A DNA stretch of 64,000 nucleotides from Nemertoderma westbladi (Eukaryota; Animalia; Xenacoelomorpha): assembly GCA_032718475.1 (NCBI GenBank), contig JAUCBJ010009018.1:1096-65095 (forward strand), given 5' to 3'. Under the pieces are notes generated by a model. The model saw nothing but the letters and a program-made list of their open reading frames with translations, ran no database searches and was not told the origin of the DNA. Shown piece by piece: positions 22,305-35,000 of this stretch. Within the stretch, counting starts at the first letter, position 1. Each line of letters begins with the position of its first letter. Made by a program: the position numbers and the translations under genes.

Positions 22305-25300
22305 ATGTCTGATACTAAGCAGAACCTGTCAGACAGTTTATTAGATGAAACTATCTGCGACTCAGATAAGGGTGTAGAACCGTCTAGTCCTAAATTCAGT
22401 TCACCTCCCACTGTGAGGAAAGTCATCCCTCCAGTAGTAATAACAGAACCTAGGTTGGTCCAACATCGTAGGTCTATCATAGGCACTCGAGCTCAGGTCA
22501 AGCGGGACCAAGAAGCAGCGGAACAGCAACAACCCGCGAGCCAAGAACTTATTTCTCAGCGGCCCGACAGCTCCAGTAGTGAAGATACTGTAGAACTGAC
22601 ACCCGAGCGCGGAGCAAAGATGACGGATGCGATTTATTCGGATCCCCTTCTCATCCTTCCTGCAGCCGTACTCACTAGGTTATTGATCGCGGTGGAAGAA
22701 CACCAGATCGATTGGGCGAGAAGTAAGCGATCCACTAAAGATCGTTATGAGGGATACACAAGGGAAGAGCTGAAGTCTATGGTCGAGTCGCAATGGAACT
22801 TCCCCGGACCCGGACTCCCATTTGATTTATCAGAAGCTGCCTGGGAAGACATACACCGGATGGGAGTAGCCAAGGAAACCATCGATCCAGCTGTGTGGAA
22901 GAGGTCCGCAGCCGGATACGCACAGGGATTCTTCAGCTCTATGGAGCGAGTAGAAAAACAACTGTTTCAACAACCTCAAGGACCTCAAGAGCAGGGACAA
23001 CTGCTTTATCAAGTTAGAGAAAGAATTCTGCGAATCAGGCTAATATTATCAGCCTTTGAAGAGGCTTCTAAAAGAAGACAAGACACGTCGTTGCAAGTTG
23101 CCGTAAAGACTTGGTTTCAACGGGTGAGTCGCCAGGTTCAAGGAACAGCTTAGTGGAAAGCTCAGCTGGAGGAGCGCTCAACCCATGGAGAATCAACGGA
23201 CGCTACTTTTTCCCAAGTGGAAAGTGAAGCGACGGCAGAGAAACCGCATAAGAGGGATGCCATTGACATCTATCTGTCAGACTATCAGCGTTTTTTGGGA
23301 GATGAAGAGTTGAGGAGAAGGCTAGATGGACTTAGCCCTAATAGTGAAGGAGCCCAGCATGTGTTGGATGCAATTGATGTGGATAGGTTAGCGGCGAACC
23401 AAGCTAAATTCGATGAACAACTCCGCATCGCTAGAGACCAAGAAGAACAAGTAAAGAAAAAACGTATAGAAGATAGAAAGACAGCGGCAGTGGCAGCAGC
23501 AGTGGCAGAGGCCGAAGCGGAAAGAAAAGCGGCAGCAGCAGTGGCAGCGGCAGAAGCTGAAAGAAAAGCGGCAGTGGCAGCAGCAGCGGCAGCGGCAGAA
23601 GCGGAAAGAAAAGCGGCAGTGGCAGTGGCAGTGGCAGAGGCCGAAGCGGAAAGGAAAGCGGCATCGGCAGTGGCAGAGGCCGAAGCGGAAAGAAAAGCGG
23701 CACTGGCAACAGCAGAGGCAGTGGCAGAAGCAGAACGGAGGGCATCTGAAGAGGCAACCCAACTAGAGTTGGAAAATCTTCAAGAGAGGCAAGACAACTT
23801 CAATAAACAGTTAACAGCTAGTAATATGCAGATGATGAGTCGATCTACTCCCAAAAGACAGGGGTATACATCATCTGAGGAAGGCGATACTACCGATCCT
23901 GAAGGCGGAGGAAATCGATCTCGCCTAAGCAGACGTAAAAGAATGTCCCACCGTCAAAAATTGCCTGATTTGCTTCCAGCTGTTAGAAGGCAACTAAATA
24001 ACACCAACTTAGGTAGTACAGAACCCACAGACCAAATAATTACAATAGAGAGACTCCCTACTATAGTAGATGAGCCTGAAATAATTAGGTCTGTTCCCGA
24101 AGCCACCCTTTCGGTCGTAGAGACACCTGTACTCCCTGAACCTACCTCTCAATTCCCTTTGCACAGCACTAAGCTACCTGTGCCCAGCAGAACAGCCCAT
24201 GAGACAGTTCATGCCCTGGACTCCGAGCGAAATATTCATGATTTGTCGCCCGTTGTCCCTCGTCCGCCCGCTACAACGTTGGTGAATCCCGCTTCGGCGG
24301 TTGAATGGGTGGATGAGAGACGACGGGGGATGGATCTCCTGCTCGGACAGATGCAGGAGACCGTTCAGCAATTCAAGGGCACAGTAAGGGAAAGTAGGCT
24401 AGAGTTGCAAGAGGTGCAGCAAAGTATCGCGCTAGAACGCGATAAATTAGTAAATGCACAAAAGGGTATACCACCACCCCCTGTAACTATAGGGTAATTA
24501 TAGACCTGTTGATAATGATATTCCCTATAGACCGGATCATAATCCGAGAAATTTATATACCGATAACTCGATATTAAATAACACGATGGCCCAAGAAAGT
24601 TTTACGCGTCAAATGGCTAGAACCGAAGCCCGGCAAGCGGTAAAGGTGGGAGAGATCGTCAAGTTCAATGGAGATGAGATGAAATGGTTACCTTTTAATG
24701 AATATTACAAAGATAACATACAGAACTCCGTGCTATCTAATGGAGAGAAACTTAGATTCCTCATCGAGTGCTTGGAAGGATCTCCCAAGTTAATGGCGTT
24801 AAAGTTTATTGGACATCCAGACGGATTAAGATAAGTTTGGGATACACTAAACATCAGGTATGGTAATAGGAATAACATAGCTGGGTATTTGTATGCAAAG
24901 TTGGTAGCGCCCCGAAAGTTTATTAGCAGCGGAATTATAGAGTTTTCCGATGAGATTCAGGAGATCTGCAGACAATTAGATTGGCTAGGTAAGTCTCATG
25001 AGTATCAGAATGCTATGGTTATTAGAGCAGTGGCTTCTACTTTACCGAAGGGTGGAGTAGGTACACGCTGGGATAAGAAAGTGCTATATATGATGGAACA
25101 ACAACGACGAGACCCTACCATGGCTGATCTCATGTCATTCCTAGATGGAGAAGTGAAATTACAGCTCCTGAAACTGTCCAGAGAGAAGACACCGGAAAAC
25201 AAGGTAAGTGAAAAACCCGTCGCTAGGAGAAAGGTAACCCCAGTGTGTTATACAGATGATGGCGAAAGCCAGACTTCTCAAGGAGAAGATAGCGGGAAAG

Positions 25301-26488
25301 ACACTGATAGATCTTATTACGTAAATAAAATGCCTAAAGATCAGGTAAGTAAATTCAAGTCTCGAACAAATGACAGGAGAGAACAGGTAAGAAAAACTCC
25401 TCCTACGTCTCCCAAGAGAATTCAGGTGAGAAAGCCCGAAGAAAAAACAAGTGTACACAATGTTACACAGAGTAAGGTAAGTAACATCAAACCGAAATGT
25501 GTGCTATGTGATGGGACCCATCGCTTAAATATGTGTGATGAATTTCTAAAGAAATCATTAACTGAGAGACGTGAAGTCATGTGGGACAAGCGGTTGTGCT
25601 ATAATTGCCTCAGACAAGGACACCAACGGCGAACCTGTTACTCTGACACAAGATGTGCCAAGTGCGGTGCGAAACATCATATCTTGTTGCACACTGAATT
25701 CGAGCGAAATAGTCTGAGTCAGGTAAGTGATTCCGAACTACATGTCCAATTCAGTGATGTGAACGACACTGATCAATCTGAGATGGAAGGATTCTATACG
25801 GACGAGTTCTCCGACGAAAACGAATCCTGTTACATGATAAATACCACAGTGTATCGAGCACTCATCTATGAAAAAGATACAGACATTGACCTCGCTCTAA
25901 CCACTTCTGATCGACAACCATTTTGGAAAGCGCCAACTTCCAATGTAGGGATTAGAGAATTTCCTGTGGTACAGGTAAGGGTCCACGGACCGAAAAGGAG
26001 TTATGTAGTGAACGCCCTCCTTGACTCCGGTAGTACAGGAACATTCATCGACAAAGAGCTAGCCAAAGACATATTCGCTGGACAACCCAAGTTCCGAACT
26101 AAGCTAAACATGTCAGGAATTATGCAAGTTTGGAAATCCACAGTAACCGCGGATTATTATGTAGGTGCGTTGTCCACCCCCCAGGACGAACTAGGAGAAC
26201 ATAGCATAAGGTCAGTGAAAATTGTGGCTATAAAGAACTTCGCTACTACTCAAGCAGACCTTTATAATTGGGACGAGGATGAGAGCATCCAACATCTTAA
26301 GATACCTCGATTCCAGACAGATTATCCTGGAGTGCAAATACTCATCGGTCAAATGCGCATGAAGCGATCGAGACGTTAGAGAAACGACCTGCTCAACCGC
26401 AACCTCTACAAGTTTATGCGGGAAGAACTAGAGTAGGTTGGTACTTTACTGGCCCTTCCCGTAGAACTCTAATGGAAAGATTACGGTA
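22305..26488 (+). pseudogene. gag: Disrupted gag-protease of element B
   Basis: Collinear with the Gag-PR of A but broken five times: in-frame TAG 23151..23153, ~110-bp deletion with frameshift at ~24490, CAA>TAA 24832..24834, 1-bp deletion at ~26353, and 5-bp insertion 26484..26488. Confidence 0.9.
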
Positions 26489-29400
26489 CCTAAAGAGCAG
26501 GTATACCAAGCGCGAGAATGGGAAGTTGAGAACAGTGAGTTCGACGATCCAACTGAGGGAACTCCATACTCCTCAGACAACGACGATATACATCAACTTT
26601 TTGATGAGAAGAATGCCATCGATCTCCTTAAGGAAAGCGAGACTTGGCAAAATCAAGTGAACTTATGTCAACTCCTTCTCCCATCTGAGCGAGACGACTA
26701 TAACGACGAGCTTAATGACGTCATTGAACGTTATAATGCCAAGACTCGGGATGAACACGCCGTGAGATTCTTTACTCAAGAGGTCGTAGATCCCAACTCC
26801 TACGATAAGGCCCTATCGGTGGAGGAAGAAAGAGCCAAGCAGATCCAAGCGATAACTACTCGTTTTCTTAAAGATCAAGGTAGGTATGAGATCGGACTTC
26901 CTTTCCGAAAGCGAGAACCAAAGTTCATTAACAACAGACCTTTGGCTGAGAAAAGAATTGCTCAACTACATCGACGCCTTACGGCAAATTCTTCAGCTAA
27001 AGAAATGTATAAAACACAGTTGAAGAAGTTTATTAGCAAGGGATATGCGGAGCTAGTACCGGAAGAAACACCCATAACTGAGAGAACGTATTATTTAACT
27101 CACCATTACGTTCCCAAACCCGGTAAACCCCATGAAGTACGAGTGGTGTTCGACGGCTCCGCCCTCTATATGGGCCAATCCCTTAATTCTGAATTGTTAC
27201 CCGGACCCAACTTACTCCAATCCTTGTTGGGAATATTATTAAGGTTAAGACAATACTCCATTGCTTTCGCCTCAGATATAGAAGGCATGTTCTTACAAGT
27301 CAAAGCGCTGGATAGGGATCGAGATAGCCTACGATTTTTGTGGTGGCCTGAAGGAGACCTCAATAAGAAACCGGTGGAGTACTGGATGACCATCCAAGCT
27401 TTTGGGATAATCTCGAGCCCTTCAAACGCCTGTTCCGTGGTGCGCACCACTGCGGATGACAACCGAGACGCCTTCTCTAAAGAAGTGATCGACAATATCA
27501 AACGAGACATCTACATGGACGATAATCTGAAGTCCCTTCCATCAGTCGAAGAAGCCATTGAGGTCGCTAAAGGAACGGTAGAATGCTTAAAGAAGGGTGG
27601 ATTTCGATTAACTAAATTCACCAGCAACTCCCGTGAGTTTCTGGAGTCGATCCCGGTAGAAGATCGAGGAACAAAAGACCTAGATCTAATAAAGGATGAT
27701 CTCCCAGAAACTAAGACCCTTGGTTTGAAATGGGACACAGAAATAGATATCCTGTTTTTCCAACTAAAACAGCGAGATAATCCAGTTCGGACTAAACGGA
27801 TTTGTTTAAGTATCCTGAGCACTTATTTCGATCCATTGGGATTTATTAGCCCAGTTATATTAATTGCTCGGAGTTTAGTACAACAAATGTGGCTTGAAAA
27901 CCACTCATGGGACGATCCACTTAAGGGAGAATTATTAAAGAAGTGGATGAAATGGGAAGATTCTCTACCAGCCATCGAAAACTTCATAATTTCCCGTTCA
28001 TATTTTGGTCATGTTCTCCCTACGTATTCATATCAACTCCATGTGTTTGGAGACGCCAGCGATATGGGAATCGGTATAGTAGCCTACCTCAGGGTGGAAA
28101 CTCCGGACGGAATTAAAGTCGCCTTGGTTACCTCTAAGGCATTAATAAACAACAAGTTGAAAGTTCCTCGAGCGGAGTTAAAAGCGGCTCTATACGCTAC
28201 AGCCATCAGCCGGAATGTAACAGAACAGATCGACTATCCCCTGGAGAAAATTGTCTATTGGACCGACGCTTTACTCGTGTTGGAGTATATAACCAATGAA
28301 GTCTGTCAGTTCAGCGTCTTCATTACCAACAGAGTAGCTATTATACTCAGTCGCACGACGATGGATCAATGGAGACATTGCCCCGGAACGATTAATCCAG
28401 CGGACATCGCTTCCAGGGGAGCAACTCCACAAGAACTGGTAGATACTCCAGACTGGTTAGGTGGACCCGACTTCCTCTACAAAGAAGAAGAAGAATGGCC
28501 TCCTCATCTTACTACAGCAGAAATTAGACAGGCCAAGGGAGCGGAGAAAGTCAAACCTAAAACTCAGGCGAGTAAATCGAAGTTATTCAAACCCACAGTA
28601 GATCTGTCTGTACTACATACTTCCGGAGACGACGCTTTGGATCAGAAACCCACAGCCACAAATAAACTCGTTGTGGAAATCCGTGATAAGGATTGGAAAT
28701 CTGGCATACCAGACGTCTCGCAAGGACTCTCACCCCTTCTGCAGAGAGCGATACATCACTACAGTTCTTGGAATCGGCTTTGTAAGGCCGTTACATATTT
28801 AAAGAGATGTTTTCACCATCACTACTCTGGGATGAAAACAAAGGGTGATACCGCTCCAATCACATCAGTGCAGGTCCATGTTATTAAAGACCTCCCTAAA
28901 TATAAGGTACCCGACAAGTTTCTGAAGGAGAAGATCAGTTATCAGGAGCATGAAGAAACCAACAAACAGTTGCTGAGACTCTTACAATGCTATGAAGATT
29001 CCGATAAGTATTTCCTGTTGTTGAGAAATCCACAGATGCGCTTAAGGGATCGTTTCTCTAGCACAATGATAGATGGGTTGATACGTGTTGGAGGAAGGTT
29101 AACGAATGCCCCATTATCCTTTGATACTAAGTTCCCCATACTCATTAGAAATCTTGAAATACAAGTCAAGATGATTGTAGATGTTCACAGCAAACTTTAT
29201 CATGCTGGTAGAGAACGAGTTCTTAGCGAAATTCGAACTCGCTATTATTTTTATAAACCCCGTAGAGCTCTGAACCAAGTTCTTAGGAACTGTATACCCT
29301 GTAGGAAAGCATTCAGTAGGCCTTTAACACAGAGAGAGGCAGAATTACCTAGGGAACGAGTAAGCTTTTATGAACCACCCTTTACTAATACCGGCGTGGA

Positions 29401-30397
29401 TTTATTTGGCCCTATTGAAGTATATCGTGCTAGGACTATAGTCAAGAGATGGTGTGTAATCTTTGTTTGTATGACTTGTAGAGCCATCCATCTCGATATG
29501 GTGAACGATTTATCTACCAACAGCTTTCTATTAAGCTTACGACGACAGATCGCTCGCTTTGGCACTAGTAACACGATGAGATCTGATAAGGGAACAAACT
29601 TCATTGGTGCCAACAATGAAATCAAAGCTTACGTCAAAGATTGGAACCAAAGACAGGTGGACGACCAACTACGAGTAACAGCGTCTAGTTGGACCTTCAA
29701 CGCCGCCGACGCCCCTTGGTGGGGAGGAAGTTGGGAAAGATTAATAAGAAGCGTGAAGACAGCATTTCATTTTATAGTGCCTTGCCGCGCTTATCTCACC
29801 GACGAACTTTTGCGGACGTTAATGGAAGAAATCGCCGCCTATCTCAACGAGAGACCGCTTATGCCAGTCTCATCGAGTCCCGATTCCCTGGAAGCGCTAA
29901 CACCCGCGCACTTCCTACTGAAGAAACCTGTAGCCATGCTCCCACAATCGGAAATCACAGACGGAGACGAATACTGCCGACAAACTTGGCAACTCATGCA
30001 GTTGTTATCCCGTCGTTTCGCTGACCATTTCGAAAAACATTATCTGCCCACGCTACAACTTCGAACTAAGTGGTTTGCGCAGCAAGAAAACGTCAGCGCT
30101 GGAGACATGGTGCTTATTGTGGATGTGGATCTTCCACATAAGCGGTGGCAGACAGGTCGTATAATCGAGACGCATATCTCGGATGACGGTTTGGTGCGAT
30201 CGGTAGAACTCGTCGTCATGCGACGTAACTTCAAGAAACCGGGAATTGTCTTCGAGACGCAGCAGCTCAATCGCCCGGTGGGACGTTTATGTTTACTGGA
30301 AAGAGACAGAGAACTCTCCGGAAACTATGGGAGACAAGATACTCTTCCCACGACCACCTCCCTAATCCAACAAACATCTAGGGACTCCCCAACTTAA
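26489..30397 (+). CDS. pol: BEL/Pao pol: reverse transcriptase, RNase H, integrase (open frame; no upstream in-frame gag)
   Basis: RT: VRVVFDGS, SDIEGMFLQV, YMDD. RNase H: LHVFGDAS, PRAEL, WTD, NPADIASRG. Integrase: HHCC plus GVDLFGP, RSDKGTNF, GGSWERL. Frame is open from about 26489; the ORF track starts at GTG 26657. Confidence 0.95.
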   Translation, partial: PKEQVYQAREWEVENSEFDDPTEGTPYSSDNDDIHQLFDEKNAIDLLKESETWQNQVNLCQLLLPSERDDYNDELNDVIERYNAKTRDEHAVRFFTQEVVDPNSYDKALSVEEERAKQIQAITTRFLKDQGRYEIGLPFRKREPKFINNRPLAEKRIAQLHRRLTANSSAKEMYKTQLKKFISKGYAELVPEETPITERTYYLTHHYVPKPGKPHEVRVVFDGSALYMGQSLNSELLPGPNLLQSLLGILLRLRQYSIAFASDIEGMFLQVKALDRDRDSLRFLWWPEGDLNKKPVEYWMTIQAFGIISSPSNACSVVRTTADDNRDAFSKEVIDNIKRDIYMDDNLKSLPSVEEAIEVAKGTVECLKKGGFRLTKFTSNSREFLESIPVEDRGTKDLDLIKDDLPETKTLGLKWDTEIDILFFQLKQRDNPVRTKRICLSILSTYFDPLGFISPVILIARSLVQQMWLENHSWDDPLKGELLKKWMKWEDSLPAIENFIISRSYFGHVLPTYSYQLHVFGDASDMGIGIVAYLRVETPDGIKVALVTSKALINNKLKVPRAELKAALYATAISRNVTEQIDYPLEKIVYWTDALLVLEYITNEVCQFSVFITNRVAIILSRTTMDQWRHCPGTINPADIASRGATPQELVDTPDWLGGPDFLYKEEEEWPPHLTTAEIRQAKGAEKVKPKTQASKSKLFKPTVDLSVLHTSGDDALDQKPTATNKLVVEIRDKDWKSGIPDVSQGLSPLLQRAIHHYSSWNRLCKAVTYLKRCFHHHYSGMKTKGDTAPITSVQVHVIKDLPKYKVPDKFLKEKISYQEHEETNKQLLRLLQCYEDSDKYFLLLRNPQMRLRDRFSSTMIDGLIRVGGRLTNAPLSFDTKFPILIRNLEIQVKMIVDVHSKLYHAGRERVLSEIRTRYYFYKPRRALNQVLRNCIPCRKAFSRPLTQREAELPRERVSFYEPPFTNTGVDLFGPIEVYRARTIVKRWCVIFVCMTCRAIHLDMVNDLSTNSFLLSLRRQIARFGTSNTMRSDKGTNFIGANNEIKAYVKDWNQRQVDDQLRVTASSWTFNAADAPWWGGSWERLIRSVKTAFHFIVPCRAYLTDELLRTLMEEIAAYLNERPLMPVSSSPDSLEALTPAHFLLKKPVAMLPQSEITDGDEYCRQTWQLMQLLSRRFADHFEKHYLPTLQLRTKWFAQQENVSAGDMVLIVDVDLPHKRWQTGRIIETHISDDGLVRSVELVVMRRNFKKPGIVFETQQLNRPVGRLCLLERDRELSGNYGRQDTLPTTTSLIQQTSRDSPT

Positions 30398-30954
30398 AAT
30401 GGCTGGAGTGGGTGTGTGACCATATTATTTTATATTTGTATTTGTTTTATTTTTATATTTATGTATGTATTATTATGTAATTTTATTTTAATCGTTTTAT
30501 TTAATTTTATTTAGTAGTATGGTATTTTAGAGATTATTTAGTAGATTAGTGCAATATATATTCGCGTTTATTATTTAATTACGTATATTATATATTTAGT
30601 GCGACGGCGAGAAATAATTATTTTTCTCTTTCCTTACTGTCCGTATCATATTATAAATACGTGACTACAGTAAGATGAAATCTTCGTACTTATTAAAGTA
30701 CAATAAAGCCACTACTATATTCAAGTATTATTGGTAGGCAGAGTATTAGGAATGCAAAGTTCAGATCCTCGTGTCTCGGCTAAACCAAGCTCTGGGTAGA
30801 CCTTGGAAACGACTTGCCTCTTCACACTGACATTGCTTCGTGCGATATTGCTCTCATACCGTATATTAAATAATACATATAGTAGCGTGATGTCCCTTTA
30901 ACAGTAGCGTATAACTAACGCAAAATAAATCTGTTAAACCCTTTGACCATCTGT

Positions 30955-31225
30955 AATTCTAGTCGATTAAGATATCGCGGCACCCACCGATATACTTGAA
31001 AGACAAATTTCTAGAATCAATGGTTAACGTCCCCAGACAAGTTCTGGAATAAACTGGTGCCCATCCTAAATATTAATTATTAATATTTACAAAAATCTGT
31101 CAAATATCAGGTCCTTTAAAATTCTAGTCGATTAAGATATCGTAGCACTTACCGATACTCTTAAAAGGACAAAATTCCTAGAATTAAGGATCCTATGTCC
31201 CCAGACCTGCTCTGGAATCAAATTG
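30955..31225 (+). repeat. Duplicated ~100-170 bp unit in the pol-ORF2 spacer
   Basis: aattctagtcgattaagatatcg...accgata...gtccccagac..tctggaat occurs twice; also duplicated in A (about 8030..8295). Confidence 0.8.
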
Positions 31226-32042
31226 TGTCTATTTAACATTAAATAATCAAATTTACGGGAATAAATTTAAATTCATATATTTCAATGAATTAATAAATTG
31301 TCATTTTATACAATTTATAACATTCCCAAAATTCCATTAATTAATAGATCATGGGAGCGGAGATTCACTCTATTAAGTGTATTTGTGTGCGAGAATCTCC
31401 AATGTATAGTCAATAGCCGATAAAATTCATAAAATCATGTATAAAGGGGATATTGACCATTAAAGAATTACTATTAAATAGCATCCCAGATCTGTATGCA
31501 TGAGAATTACCCTAATTCTACCGCTAGCTTTCCATAATGTCACCATGGCAACAACCACGCTAGAATTAGAAGTGAGTTAAAAGAACAATAGAAAGCATGC
31601 CCCATTGAATAGCATAGGGAATAAATAGCGCACTGCTAGTACCCAAGGATACATAATAAATACAGTGACATTCTGGAAGGTACTGACTAACGGACAAATG
31701 GCCCGAATGTGTGCAGTTTGTTGCAGTTGTGTTGAATTTGTGCGTTTGTAGGTGAATGTTACTACTAAGGTGTGTTTACAGTAGCGAGTCGCAATTGTGA
31801 AAGTAACCCTAACTCTCCAAGAAGAACCTGCAGTACATCTAAGCCTTTGGGACGGACAGTGAAGTGACTTGTGCCGGTTATCGTTGTCGTTGTGTAGCTA
31901 CATCGTTGGCGAAAGCACAGCGACGACGGTACATCGGCGCTGAGGATCTTACACTGTCCGGGGGCAAAAGAGGGGTAGGCAGCGACGCCTGCTAGCCTAA
32001 TATATATAAACTCATTATAATATTGATAAACTCATAGCAGAT

Positions 32043-35000
32043 ATGACTGAGTTGATAGAAGATGATCTTGGTATCAGGGAGCGATATACTCTACCTTTAC
32101 AAGCATTTGTCGATAGCTTGATACGCGGCGACGCTGGTCCAACTACTACGGAGGATGATGGTCGTTATATCGAACCGCCGATGTCCCCGGAGCAACTTAC
32201 GCGTGAATTGGACTATAGAAAGTTCACCGCTCGCTATACGCATCGTAATGGTACGTATATGGACTTCTTAACTACCGGCCACCCTATCGATTTACACGAT
32301 ACGGACGATGTGGATACCGAAAGGGAAATGGTTTTATTTAAATATCACACCCAACGGAATCGGAACGATAAGCCAAGAATAGAACACGAGAACTCTATTC
32401 GAAACAGACTCGAAAGAGAAGACGTTGAAGAGCCGGATAAACGCAACGACTTCAACGATTATCTGGAATTCTTGAGAGAAACATACCTCAATATTGCCAG
32501 TCAACAAAATCTCGAAACTCGATATCCTCAAGGTATACATCATGATCCTATGATAGAACTCAAGCGACTCTATTTCACTATGATGTATCTTACCGCCGAT
32601 CGACCGCTACCTGTTGTCCCAGATAGCTTCGAACAGATGGAGGAATATTGTAAAACTGGAGAACGATCACCCGCGTTTCCTCTGCAGGACATGCGTCTTT
32701 GGTATTACTGTGACGAATGCCCTAGACCCAATCAGCAAACGGAAAGACATAAACATCCGCGGAGACATTGCGCTAAACACAGTTTTACACGATATACTTA
32801 CGGGAGTTTCGAGCGAAACCTGTTCGACGTGTCCCCTGCGGTCGCTCGACTCAAGCGATCCTTGAACAAACCGATGATCAGAGTTCCGGAATACTCGGTC
32901 AGACCTCCGCATTCCTCAGTTAGACCTCAAACTCTTGACCCTAATAGTATCACGGATCCTCCCGAACTGTACTCACTGTTCAAAGATCTAGTGTTACCCG
33001 AACAGTTGATCGGTGGCACTCCGGTAGTAGGCTCACGAGACATTCGCCAACCCTACCTAGCTGGATTGGGACGTGGTCATCTAATATCGCCGTTTAACCC
33101 ATACAACCGTCCCGGCTTCACCTCTATCCAACCCGCTACGGAAGTCGAAGAGAGCGTCGTACGAAACGCATTAGACGCTATTCGGCAGAAAATCGGAAAG
33201 GGAACGTACGATTGTTTGGAGAAGCGTAAATTGCAGCAACAAGTCCAAGCGGTGAAGGAATTAGCTTTACCCCAGTTCGATAGAGAAATACAAAATCTCG
33301 AGGAGGACATCGAACGTGGACGAACCTACTCTTTACAAGAGTTTCTAGATGAGCGTCTACAACAACAAGCGGAGGAGAATCAGCTCGAGGAGAGACATAT
33401 AGAACTGGATGAGAGAGAAGAAGCGGCTTTAGCTCAACCCGAAGCGCAAATCCTTATGACGGATCTCTACTCTAAAACCATTCTTCATCCCTCGATGGTT
33501 CCCCATTTCGGAGACAAACTTTTTGCGACGGCACAACCCCAACCGGTTGATATCAACCTAAGATCTCGCGATCTTATCGCCGACGCTCCTCTGTTGCAGC
33601 GTCCGCCCATCGAACCCGCTCGTGTCGATGGTATACTCGTTGAACCTCCGGACAATAGAGCAGATCTTGTCCGTCGCATGGTACACGATGTAAACATACG
33701 CGCTAGACCTTTACCGGACTCGTTTTATGGGATCAAAGATCACCCTTATTACGTCAATCTAAAACAATATTACATGGTAAAACCGAAAGATCCTACACAT
33801 AGTCTGAAGTTTCTACCGTTAATAAATCCTCTCGATCTTGTCGAACTCGAACAACTGCAGAAACATCTGGATCAGTTAGTTAAAGTAAACTCGTTTCGAA
33901 AACCATATAATGTTTCCAGAATAGAGAAAGAAACAATACCTCCGTATAATCTTGATGGATTCATCAAAACTCGTTTAGTGCACTGGAATCTTGATGTGTT
34001 ATTCGAGGAGGAAAGAATACAACGATATGGAGATGTGGAAACATATACCACACAATGTTTAAAGTATAAAGACCTGCCTAATGCTAGCGAATGTGCTACC
34101 TTGTGGCATCCTGTGGGAATGACACTCGAAAACGCCACTAAAGAGTGGAACGAAACTCTTAACGTTATCGAGATGTATGGAGTTGTCACTTACGATAACG
34201 AAGGTAGCGTTCCGGTTGGAGAACTTGGAACTACGCGGATGATACACATACGAGGACTCGCTGGTTCTACCCACGTATTTACTCGAGCGTGTTCCGACGT
34301 TATTGATTATTCTTTTGAAACTCTTACTGAGATACAAAAGAAACTCCGACATGGACAATTTGAACTCGCGCAGCGTTACGTCACCGACACCGAGCGCAAG
34401 CCGGCTATGGGTATCGATGGATCGATGTTACCCCAACCCGTGCTCGAGATGCTGTTTAACGAAGGAATCCTTAAAATCGGCTCAGCTGTTTATGGAGACC
34501 TACAGAACGACTTTCGGAATATGGAGAACATTCCATACCCCTTCGTTGATACTCAGCTGATTGCTCCTTGGGCAGAAGGCCGAGGTTTCTTCCGCACTAC
34601 GTATGCCAATACACCCAGCGGAATTACCAAAGTACAACGAACCTCCATCGGACATCTTGCCTTTCAAGAATACGGATGGAATTTCAAGGTTGGAAATCCT
34701 ATAAATTACCAACAAGTATACGGAGATCATTATTCTCGTTTATACTTTGATGGACCATTGACCGCACCTGGCGCCGTGTATAGCTTTATGAGTGTTCCAC
34801 TTCGTCCCTCCTTAGCTATATACACGATCTTTGAAAACGCAGCACTTGCCGGTTGGCTAGCCGATGTGTGCAGTCGTACCATACGCGCCCATCCCTTAGT
34901 ACTTGGAACCAAACTCGCCAAGTTAGATGAACACAATAAATTCATCCGCTTTGAATGTTTCAAGCGCTTTCTGACTCCGTTCCGTAACGTTGATAGTCAG

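Noticed and set aside
23151-23153. Programmed stop-codon read-through in B gag
   Set aside because: Four further disablements follow downstream, so simple decay is more parsimonious.
23388-23762. Cys-rich and Pro/Leu-rich antisense ORFs (also 12043..12354, 12510..12737)
   Set aside because: Shadow frames of the Ala/Glu-rich Gag repeats.
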